From an uncultured Anaerolineales bacterium (lineage in GTDB: Bacteria > Chloroflexota > Anaerolineae > Anaerolineales > UBA11858): a stretch of DNA of 64,000 nt. A program made the position numbers and the translations under genes. This document shows positions 8,731 through 18,185 of the stretch, piece after piece. The number at the start of each line of letters is the position of its first letter. Within the stretch, counting starts at the first letter, position 1. Under the pieces are notes generated by a model that was given only the letters and a program-made list of their open reading frames with translations, was not told where the DNA came from and did not search any database. The stretch spans positions 4,652-68,651 of the forward strand of contig CAYWFK010000003.1 in NCBI GenBank assembly GCA_964457375.1, in the 5' to 3' direction.

Positions 8731-8882
8731 TGGGAAGTTGCAAAGCGTTGCGTGATGCAAACCGTTTTACTGTTAATACGTTTTTCCCTATGAATTGGTT
8801 CTAACAAGTTGTGGAAAGTTGCAAAGTTTTGCGTTCTGCAAACTGTTCTACTCTTAATACGTTTTTCTCTATGAAATGGTTC
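8731..8882. repeat. tandem direct repeat: two copies, 81-bp period, roughly 85% identical by eye, in the intergenic region
   Basis: Copy 1 is about 8731-8801 and copy 2 about 8811-8882. GTTGCAAAG begins at 8737 and again at 8818. Each copy contains TTGCA-N13-TGCAA and TTAATACGTTTTTC. Confidence 0.85.
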
Positions 8883-8919
8883 CCTGAATTGGTGTGTTTT
8901 TGAAGGTGGAAGACGGCGT

Positions 8920-9648
8920 TTACCAGCCGAATTCCAGGCGCTGGGCATGTCGTTGGGGAAGTCCGGCTTTTTCCATGCGTTTTTGCACGGAGGGAATATC
9001 GTAAGGGACGCGATGAAACTCAAAGAGCAGTTCTTCTGTATCGAGAATGGCGTAGGCGGCTCTTGGGTCGTGGTCTCTTGGCTGGCCAATCGAACCGGGG
9101 TTGAGAATGGAGCGGGGCGAGAGGGTTACTTTCGTATGGGAATTGGGCAAAATGAGGTTAGCCAGGCTTCCCTCGTCCGAGAGAAAATAGATAACCGGAA
9201 TATGGGTGTGCCCGATAAGGCAAAAAGGGTTGTCGAAGTAATCGAAGTTTTGTGTGGCAGTCCGGGTATCGAGAATGTATTCCCAAATGGGGTGGCGCGG
9301 GCTTCCATGTGTGAGGGTGAAGTTTTCGGTTTCGATGATTGCCGGCAGACTTTTTAGAAAATCCATATTTTCTTTCGAGATGGTTTTCTGCGTCCATGAA
9401 ATGGTTTGCTGTGCTTCTTCGTTGAATGCCTCGATTTCGATTTTCTTGATGGTCGCGGCATCATGGTTGCCGAGAATACAAACCAGGTTCGGAAGCTGGC
9501 GAACGCATTTGATGACCTGATTGGGGTCAGGCCCGTATCCCACCAAATCGCCAAGGCACCAGTAACCATCCATATCCCCGGCATCAGCGAGGACAGTTTC
9601 CAAAGCAGTCAGATTGGCATGGATATCTGAGAAAACCAGGATTTTCAT
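8920..9648 (-). CDS. metallophosphoesterase (calcineurin-like, YfcE/MJ0936-type)
   Basis: 242 aa. Motifs MKILVFSDIHAN, GDLVGYGPDP, LGNHD and GHTH are in the canonical order. Confidence 0.85.
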   Translation of the reverse strand: MKILVFSDIHANLTALETVLADAGDMDGYWCLGDLVGYGPDPNQVIKCVRQLPNLVCILGNHDAATIKKIEIEAFNEEAQQTISWTQKTISKENMDFLKSLPAIIETENFTLTHGSPRHPIWEYILDTRTATQNFDYFDNPFCLIGHTHIPVIYFLSDEGSLANLILPNSHTKVTLSPRSILNPGSIGQPRDHDPRAAYAILDTEELLFEFHRVPYDIPSVQKRMEKAGLPQRHAQRLEFGW

Positions 9649-10000
9649 AGACTAATCTTAACATAAAAACCGGAAATAGCATTGCGAATTTGGGAACGCA
9701 TGCTGAGTTTGCGAAAATGTTAAGACATTTGCACGTATAACCTTACGAAAGCAGGGCAGGGACGGTGTGGTATCTCCGGAAGGGGCGACACCTGCTCCGC
9801 ACCGGTTTGTTGCGGATTGTTCCGTAAGCTGCCTTTACAGTGTGAATCATCCCCATAGCATCAACCGGGAAAGTGCGTTGTGTGACAGAACAAGGGGAGA
9901 CGGGTTGCTTCTTTACATGCGTACTTCTTCGCGTTATCATGTTCGTATCGTGCTGTTCATCGCTGCTGTGGTGCTTAATCGATAAGGATTAGGTGTTTTC

Positions 10001-10918
10001 TTGACAATCAAATCATCACTCCCTTACATCATTTTACTTGGGGGATTGTACGGTACGACGATGGTGGCTTCGCGGTTCATCGTTGGTCTGGTCAGACCGG
10101 TAACCTATATCGGCTTGCGTATGCTGCTTGCAAGTTTGGGCTTTTTGCTGATTTATTCACTGCGTCTGACAGGGAAAGGGTTTCCACACGACCGCCATTT
10201 GTGGAAGCAGGCTTCTCTTTTGGCGGTTTTTGGGACGATTTTGCCCATGTTGATGATCATTACCTCACTTCAATACCAGTCCAGCGGCATTACTTCGGTT
10301 TTGGTTACGACGGGCCCGGCAGTTACCTTGTTGATGGCACACTGGTCCTTACGTGATGAGCGTCTGAATCCGGCGAAGAGCGTTGGTATCGTGTTGGCGC
10401 TGAGCGGTGCATTGCTGCTGGCATTGCGCGGCGAAAGCGGATTGCCGGATTTAACCGCCGCCAGCCCTTTGGGGTACGGGCTGGTGATGATCGGGATTGT
10501 TTCGGGCAGTGTGATGACGATTTACGCGCGAAAACGGATGGGAAATTGTGATGTTTTCGATGTTGCCGGAATCCGGGTGATCGTTTCTGCTTTGATCATG
10601 GTGCCCTGGATGCTCGTTTATATCCGGGATGATTTCTCGGCAATGACCGGAACAGGATGGTTAGTGCTGCTGTATACTGCATTGGCAGGAACTTTTTTTT
10701 CGATTATGCTTGATTTTTATAATATCAAGCATTTTGGGGCGACTGCGTCAGCGCTGGTTTCTTACGTGGTGCCGATCGTTGCCGGTATCGCGGGTGTGCT
10801 TCTGCTAAAAGAAACAGTAACAAGTGGTATGCTGGTCGGGATGGCATTGATTCTTTTGGGTGTCGGGTTGATCAATTTCATCGGGAATCGGAGCAGAACC
10901 CGAAAAGGACTTGTGTGA
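10001..10918 (+). CDS. EamA/DMT-family transporter
   Basis: 305 aa with about 10 predicted TM helices in two EamA-like halves. TTG start with AAGGA 12 nt upstream. Confidence 0.75.
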   Translation: MTIKSSLPYIILLGGLYGTTMVASRFIVGLVRPVTYIGLRMLLASLGFLLIYSLRLTGKGFPHDRHLWKQASLLAVFGTILPMLMIITSLQYQSSGITSVLVTTGPAVTLLMAHWSLRDERLNPAKSVGIVLALSGALLLALRGESGLPDLTAASPLGYGLVMIGIVSGSVMTIYARKRMGNCDVFDVAGIRVIVSALIMVPWMLVYIRDDFSAMTGTGWLVLLYTALAGTFFSIMLDFYNIKHFGATASALVSYVVPIVAGIAGVLLLKETVTSGMLVGMALILLGVGLINFIGNRSRTRKGLV

Positions 10919-10948
10919 TTCCGGAAAATAAACCGTCTCCGGGTTTGT

Positions 10949-13123
10949 ATGGTGGATAAATTGTCGACACAAAAGGGTACATGGCGGGATACAATCCGGT
11001 TTTTCCTGCGCCCGGTTTTTCTCGTGAAGCAATACAGGCGCAAGGATTTGCCGTCTGATTTGGTGGCGGGGTTGACCGTGGCGATTGTCATGCTGCCCCA
11101 GGCGATTGCTTATGCCATGGTTGCGGAATTGCCGCCTCAGATGGGGGTCTATGCTGCGGTTGCCGGGACGATTGCCGGCGGGTTGTGGGGGTCTTCTGCA
11201 CTACTTTTGACAGGCCCGACGAATACGAGTTCTCTGCTTGTCTTGGCTGTATTGCTCCCGATTGCGGGGATTGGCTCTCCCCGGTACATGCTGGCTGCCA
11301 GTTTGCTGGCTTTATTGGTTGGCATCTTTCAGCTGGTGTTAGGGATGGCGCGGCTGGGAATGCTGGTGAGTTTCGTTTCGGATTCGGTAATCGTCGGATT
11401 CACGGCGGGAGCCGGTGTGCTGATCATTGTCAACCAGGTTAAGGTTCTTTTCGGGCTGCAAATTCCTACTTCTGCAAGTGCAATAACGACAATACGAAAC
11501 GTTCTTTCGAGATTGCCTGAGACGCATTCCCTGACTTTGTTGCTGGGAATTGTCGTGATTCTTTTTGTTTCGGCAGTGATGCACTATAAACCGCAGCTGC
11601 CCGCTTCTCTTTTGGCGTTGGGCATTGTTACTGCTGTGGTTTGGGTGTTCCATCTTGGAAAGTACGGAATTGCTTTGGTTGGCAAAATCCCGATTGGGTT
11701 GCCGCCCTTGACCGGTTTTTCCGGAATTGATTTTCGGATGTTCGGAGAACTTTCTTCCGGGGTTTTGGCAGTCGGTGCTATTGGCCTTGTGCAAACGATG
11801 GCGGTAGCCAAATCGCTCAGCCTGCAATCCAGAAAGCGGTTCGACGGGAATCAGGAATTCATCGGGCAGGGATTGGCTAATATCGCCAGCGGGATGTTCA
11901 CCGGCTACCCTGTTTTCGGTTCTTTCGTCCGGTCTGCTGTGAACGTTCGTTCAGGCGGCAAGACTTCTTTTTCGGCGGTGTTCGCCGGTTTGTCGATGTT
12001 GATGCTCGCAATCTTGTTTGCTCCTGCTGTGCGCTTTGTGCCCAAGACAGGGCTGGCGGGGGTTTTGATCGTGATTGCCAGCGGGATGATCGACCGCAGC
12101 GAAATTGCCCGTATCTGGCGCGGTGCGAAAGGGGATTTGTTTATCATGGCGTTTACGTTTGGCGCCGTGCTGCTGCTCCCCTTGCAGTTCGCTGTTTTGC
12201 TGGGTATTCTGGCTTCCTTTGCGGTCTATATTCTGCGAACGAGCGCCCCGCGTATTTTCCCTGTTTTGCCGAATACATCCTTCGATCATCTGGAATTTCA
12301 GCCGGAAAAAGCCCCGTGCCCGCAGATGACGGTCTATGACTTGCATGGCGATTTGTATTTTGGGGCGACGCGGTATATCGAAGATCATATACTGGATAAT
12401 ATGAAAAATCATCCGGAACAACGCTTTTTGTTGTTGCGGATGAATCATGTGAATCAATGCGACATCAGCGGTATTCACACCTTGGAAAACATCGTTCGTC
12501 AGTACCGTTTGAATGGCGGGGATGTGATTTTAATCAATACCCAGCCTGATGTGCTTCGGATGATGAAAGGCACAGGGTTTTACCGCATGCTGGGTGAGAA
12601 GCATTTCATCTTCGATGAAAAGCAGGCGATTTCTTTTGCTTTTTATCATTTGCTTGATCCGGTGGTGTGCATTTACGAATGTGACCGGCGTGTTTTCTTC
12701 GAATGTCAGAATTTGCCGAAGCACTTGCTGCCTGCGGAAGCTGCCCGACTGCCTTATCTGTTACCGCATGGCAGCGTGCCGGAAATGACCACCGAAGCTT
12801 TATGGAAAGCGCATAAGGGCAAGAATCCCCCGATGATTATCGATGTACGTGAACCGCGGGAGTTCAAGCGCGGCCATATTCCCGGTGCTGTTTCGATCCC
12901 CCTGTTCGAACTGCTCACTGCTGATGTGCAGCTGCCCCGGGACAAGCCGGTTGTCTTTGTTTGCCGCAGCGGAAGGCGGAGTGCGAGAGCGGCATATACT
13001 TTTCTTCATGAAAAAGGGTATCCGATGGTCAGTGTGTTATCCGGCGGTTTGCAAGCCTGGGAATTCGCGGGGATGCTGATGGCGGTCGAACCTGTTTGGC
13101 AGAAGGAGGCAGGCGATGAATGA
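10949..13123 (+). CDS. SulP-family anion transporter with a STAS domain and a C-terminal rhodanese domain
   Basis: 724 aa. SulP N-terminal signature (DLVAGLTVAIVMLPQAIAYAMVAELPP), a STAS-like region (DLHGDLYFGATRYIED...) and a rhodanese module (IIDVREPREFKRGHIPGAVSIP...VFVCRSGRRSARAA, with an active-site Cys loop). Confidence 0.88.
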   Translation: MVDKLSTQKGTWRDTIRFFLRPVFLVKQYRRKDLPSDLVAGLTVAIVMLPQAIAYAMVAELPPQMGVYAAVAGTIAGGLWGSSALLLTGPTNTSSLLVLAVLLPIAGIGSPRYMLAASLLALLVGIFQLVLGMARLGMLVSFVSDSVIVGFTAGAGVLIIVNQVKVLFGLQIPTSASAITTIRNVLSRLPETHSLTLLLGIVVILFVSAVMHYKPQLPASLLALGIVTAVVWVFHLGKYGIALVGKIPIGLPPLTGFSGIDFRMFGELSSGVLAVGAIGLVQTMAVAKSLSLQSRKRFDGNQEFIGQGLANIASGMFTGYPVFGSFVRSAVNVRSGGKTSFSAVFAGLSMLMLAILFAPAVRFVPKTGLAGVLIVIASGMIDRSEIARIWRGAKGDLFIMAFTFGAVLLLPLQFAVLLGILASFAVYILRTSAPRIFPVLPNTSFDHLEFQPEKAPCPQMTVYDLHGDLYFGATRYIEDHILDNMKNHPEQRFLLLRMNHVNQCDISGIHTLENIVRQYRLNGGDVILINTQPDVLRMMKGTGFYRMLGEKHFIFDEKQAISFAFYHLLDPVVCIYECDRRVFFECQNLPKHLLPAEAARLPYLLPHGSVPEMTTEALWKAHKGKNPPMIIDVREPREFKRGHIPGAVSIPLFELLTADVQLPRDKPVVFVCRSGRRSARAAYTFLHEKGYPMVSVLSGGLQAWEFAGMLMAVEPVWQKEAGDE

Positions 13124-14081
13124 AAAAATTTCTTCGGATTTGGGCTTGGATTTGGTGCGTGTGACCGAGGCTGCGGCGCTTGCTGCCGGCCGCTGGATGG
13201 GGCTGGGAAAAACTGATGCCGCCCATCATGCTGCGGTAGATGCAATGGTCAACGCTTTTTCCACGATGTCTATCGATGGCATCATTGTGGCGGGGGAAGA
13301 ACGGAAAATGGGATTCGGGTCATCTCTGGACAGCGGAACACATGTGGGGGCGGGAAATGGTCCGGTTATGGATGTGGTCGTCGATCCGATAGACGGCTTG
13401 CAGCTGCTTGCTTCCGGGGCTGCCGATGCGTTGGCAGTTGCCGGGCTTGCGCCGCAAGGGGCAATGTGGAATCCTCATCCCGCAGTGTATATGGAAAAAA
13501 TCGTCGTCGACAAGGAAGCGGCGGATGTTCTTGTGCCGGAGTGCATGGATGCCCCGGCGGCATGGACCCTGGCATTGATTGCAAAGGCTAAGGGTAAACC
13601 TGTACGGGATTTGGTGGTGTTTGTGCTCAACCGCCCGCGGCACAAAGACCTTATCGATGAAATCCGCACCGCCGGCGCACGTGTTTTGCTTCGGCCTGAA
13701 GGCGATGTGGCCGGTGCTATGATGGTTGCACTGGATACCGTACATGTGGATGTGTTGATGGGGATAGGCGGGGTTTCCGAAGGAATCATTGCTGCCTGCG
13801 GGATCAAGGCATTGGGTGGTGCGATGCTCGGGCGGTTATCTCCTCAAAGCGAAGAGGAGAAACAAGGCGTTACCGAAGCCGGGTTGAATTGTGCGAATAT
13901 TCTGACTTGTGATGAGCTGGTGAGCGGCGATGATATTTTCTTTGCGGCAACCGGAATCACCGACGGCATCATTCTTTCCGGTACGCGTTATTTGGGGGAA
14001 CGTGCCCAAACCGAGTCTCTCGTTTTGCGCTGCAAAACGGGGACGAAGCGGGTGATTCAATCCGAACATTTGCTTCGTTAA
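13116..14081 (+). CDS. glpX: class II fructose-1,6-bisphosphatase (GlpX family)
   Basis: 321 aa. LVRVTEAAALAAGRWMGLGK..., DVVVDPIDG, and a GlpX-like C-terminal half (FFAATGITDG). Overlaps the upstream gene by 8 nt. Confidence 0.85.
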   Translation: MNEKISSDLGLDLVRVTEAAALAAGRWMGLGKTDAAHHAAVDAMVNAFSTMSIDGIIVAGEERKMGFGSSLDSGTHVGAGNGPVMDVVVDPIDGLQLLASGAADALAVAGLAPQGAMWNPHPAVYMEKIVVDKEAADVLVPECMDAPAAWTLALIAKAKGKPVRDLVVFVLNRPRHKDLIDEIRTAGARVLLRPEGDVAGAMMVALDTVHVDVLMGIGGVSEGIIAACGIKALGGAMLGRLSPQSEEEKQGVTEAGLNCANILTCDELVSGDDIFFAATGITDGIILSGTRYLGERAQTESLVLRCKTGTKRVIQSEHLLR

Positions 14082-14130
14082 TGACGGACTTCGGCACGGG
14101 GGTAAAGCGGAAGCAGCCGGTTTCCTGGAT

Positions 14131-15537
14131 TTATTCCAGGCGCAGAGAATCCAAATGAACAATGGCTGACTGGCGTCGTGCCTGGTCAGCAGCGAATGCC
14201 ATCAGGTGGCTTTCGAGTGCTTCCCGGGCACCGGTCAATGCGGAGGCGGTATTGCCGCTGCGTACGCTTTCGATGAAGGCGGCTGCCAACCGGGCGTCTC
14301 CGCCGCCGTGTCCGGAAGTGGGGTCCGAGCTTGTGTTCAGTTTTTCCCGTTTCCCGCTGAGATGATCGATGGTTTCTATCCAGGCGCCTCCCAATCCGAA
14401 ATAGGCAAGCAGCGTGCCTTTGGTGCCTTCGATTCGTGTGGCGCGCGATTCGCTGTGAGCGTGGCCGTGCATGGTCAGCGTTGCGGAGATGTCGCCGTCG
14501 AACCACATGCTGACCACCTGATGATCGACAACGTCGTTGTCGCAGTGGTAGACGCAGCGCCCGTATGGGCTGTCGTTGGCAAGGGCTTGTCTCAGACGTT
14601 CAGGGGTTGGGTTGGAAGTAACGACAGAACGCGGCCAGCCTTCGTACCGGCTGACCTGTTTCAGAGCCGGAATTAGTTTGCCGAGGGTTTCGACAACGGC
14701 AGGTGCACCTAGCTGGGCGTCGATGACTGCTTTCGGAAACCCTGATGCTCCTTCACGAATGCTGCGCCACAACGGGATTAAATCGATATAGATGAACGGT
14801 GCGTAATATTGGCAGGTTTGTGACGACGGGCATCCGTCGAGACATCTCTCCGGTGCGCCGGGCGGGGCGTTTTCAGGCCGAAAGTGGCGCAGACTTCCCA
14901 TGCTGCTCAGGTATTGGCATTGCCTGCCCAGAATCCAGACGAGCAAATCCAGGTCGTGGCAGCATTTTGCCAAAATCATGGGGGAAGATTCTTCACGATT
15001 GCGCCAGTTTCCGCGCACGAAACTATGTGCCATGTGCCACCATGAGACGTTTTCACGATGCGAAAAATTGATAACTTCCCCGATCCTGCCGGACTGCACG
15101 ATTTCTTTCATTGTGCGGAAGTGTTTCGTATAGCGGAGCACATGACAAATGTGCAGTTGTTTGCCTGTTTCTTCTGACGTGCGGACAAGTAGACGGCAAT
15201 CTTCCGGGGTGGTCGCCATTGGTTTTTCGAGCAGAACGTGGTAGCCGGCATTTAAGGCGGCAGCGGTGGGGGCGGTGTGTTGCTGGTCCTGGGTGCTGAT
15301 GACCGCCGCTTCACCGGAAATGCCGGCGGCGAGTAGTAGTTCCCAGCTCTCGAAGCTGTATTTTTCGGGGATATTGTGCTCACGGGTGAATTTTTCCCTG
15401 CGGGCGCGGTTTGGCTCTGCAACAGCCACGAACCTGATTTGCTCGGGGTGTTTCAATGCATAAGCACCGTAAACGTCAGCGCCGCGTTGGCCTGCGCCAA
15501 TAAGAATTGCGTGAATGGGTCGGCTGGTTTCGGTCAT
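14131..15537 (-). CDS. Gfo/Idh/MocA-family oxidoreductase
   Basis: The start was moved to ATG 15537 (MTETSRPIHAILIGAGQRGADVYG, a Rossmann GxGxxG). The EKP motif is present (HVLLEKPMATT). The ORF-track extension would overlap the mutS2 3' end. Confidence 0.85.
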   Translation of the reverse strand: MTETSRPIHAILIGAGQRGADVYGAYALKHPEQIRFVAVAEPNRARREKFTREHNIPEKYSFESWELLLAAGISGEAAVISTQDQQHTAPTAAALNAGYHVLLEKPMATTPEDCRLLVRTSEETGKQLHICHVLRYTKHFRTMKEIVQSGRIGEVINFSHRENVSWWHMAHSFVRGNWRNREESSPMILAKCCHDLDLLVWILGRQCQYLSSMGSLRHFRPENAPPGAPERCLDGCPSSQTCQYYAPFIYIDLIPLWRSIREGASGFPKAVIDAQLGAPAVVETLGKLIPALKQVSRYEGWPRSVVTSNPTPERLRQALANDSPYGRCVYHCDNDVVDHQVVSMWFDGDISATLTMHGHAHSESRATRIEGTKGTLLAYFGLGGAWIETIDHLSGKREKLNTSSDPTSGHGGGDARLAAAFIESVRSGNTASALTGAREALESHLMAFAADQARRQSAIVHLDSLRLE

Positions 15538-15632
15538 TTCTTTGCCTTCTTTGTTTCGGTTGACTATTCGATTAATCCCCGATGACACGTTACGGGGCGG
15601 GGGAGGGGAATTGCATGTTTTCCTGTTTTGAG

Positions 15633-18032
15633 TCAGGGGCGAATGATGGCAATCGTAACCCCGTCGCCTCCCTCGCCTGTTTTTCCTGCTTCGAACGAAC
15701 GTACATGCGGGTGGCTTTTCAGTGCGGAACGCACGACTTCGCGCAATTTGCCGCTGCCTTTGCCGTGAATGATGCGTACCCATGGCAGCCCGGTGAGAAA
15801 GGCTTTATCCAGATAGGATTCGAGGCTGTCGAGTGCTTCGTCAGCCCTTTTTCCGCGCAAGTCCAGTTCGATGCCGGGGGAGTTGTGGGCAGGCATGATG
15901 ATTTGTGCCGGCTGGTTTTCCTGATGCGGATGACCTGGCCTGTCCGCAGGCGGCTGCTTGCCTTCAAGTTCGGCGCGCCGTGTGCGGACGCGCAAATTGC
16001 CGACTTGCACTTCCGCTTCTTCTTCCGACAAAGCGGTAATGATGCCTTCGGCGTTCAGGGAGCGCAGACGCACCTTCGAGCCGACTTTCAGCGGTGCAGG
16101 AGGGGTTAGCGGTGGCAAGGGTTGATTTTCCGGAAGCACGGTTTCTTGCAGCTGTTCTTCGAGTTTGGCAACCTGTGTTTCGATGTGCCGAATGGTTTCG
16201 ACGGTTTCTGCCGGCTGGCTGATGCGGCGCAAATCGTTACGGATGCGGCGGAATGCTTTTTTGATTTCTTGTAATTCTTCCTGCGCTTCACGGCGTGCTT
16301 TTTCGAGCAGGGCGATGCGTTCTTCTTCGATACGGTTGAGCCGGTCGGTTAATTCGAGGTGGATTTTTTCGGTTTGTCTCCGGTATTCTTCGGCTTTTTG
16401 GCGGGCTTCTTGTGTCAGCTTGCGCTGCCGGTGAATTTCGGTGAGCAGTTCGTCCGCGCGGCTGTCCAGCGGGTCCAGTTCGGTACGGGCACTTTTGATG
16501 ATGTCTTTCGGTAAACCGAGACGTTCTGCAATGGCAAGTGCATTCGAGCGCCCGGGCAACCCGATGGTTAGGTGGTAGGTCGGTTTGAGCGTTTCCAGGT
16601 CGAATTCCACACAGGCGTTGACAATACCCGGTGTGGCGTGCGCGTAGGCTTTCAGTTCCGGGTGATGGGTCGTTACGATGGAGGCTATGCCGCGTTCAAG
16701 CAGATGGTCCAGCAATGCTCTTGCCAATGCGGCGCCTTCCTGGGGGTCGGTACCTGCTCCCAGCTCGTCCAGCAATACCAGAGATTTTCTGTCTGCTTGT
16801 GCAAGGATGCGGATGATATTGGTGATGTGACTGGAGAAGGTGGATAGCGATTGTTCGATAGATTGTTCATCGCCGATATCCGCGAAAACGTTCCCGAATA
16901 CACTGATTTCAGAACCCGGGCGTGTGGGGATGTGCAAACCGGATTGTGCCATCAGCACCAGCAAGCCGATGGTTTTCAGGGTGACGGTTTTTCCGCCGGT
17001 GTTCGGCCCGGTGATTACCATGGCGTATGTTTGCGAATCCAATTCGATATCGATGGGCACGACTGTTTCAGGGTTCAGGAGCGGGTGGCGTGCCTGCAAC
17101 AGCCGGATGACTACACCGGGATGCTTTTTCCCGTTTTGCGGTTTCATCGGATGCAGGACGGGTTTGTGGGCATTCAGCGCTTCTGCGTATTTTGCTTTGG
17201 CAAAGACAAGGTCGATTTCAGCCAGCAGGCCGATCATTTCTTCGAGCAGTTCGGTATGTTCGCTGATTGCCTGCACCAGTTCAGCAAGTATCCTGCGTTG
17301 TTCGTCTCTTTCTTCAAGCTGAAGTTCGCGGATACGGTTGTTCATCTCGACGATTGTGAGCGGTTCGATGAAAATCGTTGCACCGGAAGCAGATTGATCA
17401 TGGACGATGGCTTTGATTTTGCCTTTGAAGTCAGCCCGGATGGGCAGTACATAGCGCCCGTCCCGCTGGGTGATGATGTTTTCCTGCAAGTATTGGTTGA
17501 TTTTGGGATCTTTGACCATGCGTTGCAGGCGTGAAAGCAGGCGTTCGTGCCGGATGTGCTGTTCCTTGCGTATTTTTCCCAGTTTTTCCGAGGCACTGTC
17601 GAGGATTTCTCCTTTTTCGGAGATTGTACGGCTGATTCTATCGACAATACCAAGTGACGAGGGAAGCCGTTCCGCCATTTCCCACAGCAGGGGGATATTG
17701 TCTTTCCTGCGTTCGATGAGGCGCTGCAGATTTCTGGCGGCGATCAGGGTATGTTTGAGTGCCAATAGCTGGCTTGTCTCAGGAAGAATCCGGCGTTTGA
17801 TGTCGCGCAGGCATTCGCGGATATCCTGTGCTTCGCCAATGGAGGCTTCCGGATTAACAGAAAGAAAATCGAACGCCTGTGCGGTGGTGTTTTGCATGTG
17901 TTCTGCTTCCGCAAGCGATGTGGATGGCTGCAGATTCAGGGCTTTTTCTTTCGATGGGGGAAAATCACAGTAGCCGGATAGTTCTGCGAGAACTGCCGGG
18001 TAAGCCAGAGTTTGCTGTGCTTTTTTGTCCAT
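15633..18032 (-). CDS. mutS2: endonuclease MutS2 (MutS domain plus C-terminal Smr)
   Basis: Walker A GPNTGGKTVTLKT, DELGAGTDP, and a C-terminal Smr domain (LDLRGKRADEAL...IHGKGSGKLR). Start set at ATG 18032 (MDKKAQQTLAYP). Confidence 0.92.
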   Translation of the reverse strand: MDKKAQQTLAYPAVLAELSGYCDFPPSKEKALNLQPSTSLAEAEHMQNTTAQAFDFLSVNPEASIGEAQDIRECLRDIKRRILPETSQLLALKHTLIAARNLQRLIERRKDNIPLLWEMAERLPSSLGIVDRISRTISEKGEILDSASEKLGKIRKEQHIRHERLLSRLQRMVKDPKINQYLQENIITQRDGRYVLPIRADFKGKIKAIVHDQSASGATIFIEPLTIVEMNNRIRELQLEERDEQRRILAELVQAISEHTELLEEMIGLLAEIDLVFAKAKYAEALNAHKPVLHPMKPQNGKKHPGVVIRLLQARHPLLNPETVVPIDIELDSQTYAMVITGPNTGGKTVTLKTIGLLVLMAQSGLHIPTRPGSEISVFGNVFADIGDEQSIEQSLSTFSSHITNIIRILAQADRKSLVLLDELGAGTDPQEGAALARALLDHLLERGIASIVTTHHPELKAYAHATPGIVNACVEFDLETLKPTYHLTIGLPGRSNALAIAERLGLPKDIIKSARTELDPLDSRADELLTEIHRQRKLTQEARQKAEEYRRQTEKIHLELTDRLNRIEEERIALLEKARREAQEELQEIKKAFRRIRNDLRRISQPAETVETIRHIETQVAKLEEQLQETVLPENQPLPPLTPPAPLKVGSKVRLRSLNAEGIITALSEEEAEVQVGNLRVRTRRAELEGKQPPADRPGHPHQENQPAQIIMPAHNSPGIELDLRGKRADEALDSLESYLDKAFLTGLPWVRIIHGKGSGKLREVVRSALKSHPHVRSFEAGKTGEGGDGVTIAIIRP

Positions 18033-18185
18033 GATGTTTGCTCGGATAGTTTCTTTCAGCAGGTCGAGTTTACCACAAAAGAACATGCCGAAGGGATTGG
18101 CAGCCTTCGGCATGGTTATCTGATGCACCTTGGCACGGTTTCGAAGGGATTGGTTTTTAAAAACCGTGGAAAGCCTTTCGTTGCT

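Noticed and set aside
8746-8765. Sigma-54-like GG-N10-GC spacing (GGTTTGCATCACGC on the minus strand) inside repeat copy 1
   Set aside because: Only the dinucleotides match; the flanking TGGCAC/TTGCW consensus is poor. Copy 2 has AG in place of GG. No enhancer-binding protein gene is nearby.
8712-9089. N-terminal extension of ORF 7752-9089, open through the tandem repeat and into the phosphoesterase gene
   Set aside because: ATG 8711 gives a perfect lipoprotein signal peptide with a strong AAGGAGAG RBS, and an upstream extension would bury that signal. The open frame partly reflects a stop-free unit being duplicated (81 = 27 codons). The extension also overlaps the phosphoesterase CDS.
9770-9900. 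Possible glycine- or cobalamin-riboswitch-like strings (CCGGAAGGGGCGACACC, ACAGTGTGAA) upstream of the EamA gene
   Set aside because: The matches are short and in the wrong order or context relative to the consensus cores (no GGAGAG…CUCAGGCAAAAGGAC, no GCCACUG B12 box). This cannot be supported without a covariance-model search.
15538-15783. N-terminal extension of the Gfo/Idh/MocA ORF; similar extensions occur for mutS2, recF, lgt, ppgK, FIST, aor, HNH and dtxR
   Set aside because: The extensions are Arg-rich or overlap neighbouring genes. Internal ATGs coincide with the family N-termini (Rossmann GxGxxG and others) and with Shine-Dalgarno motifs.
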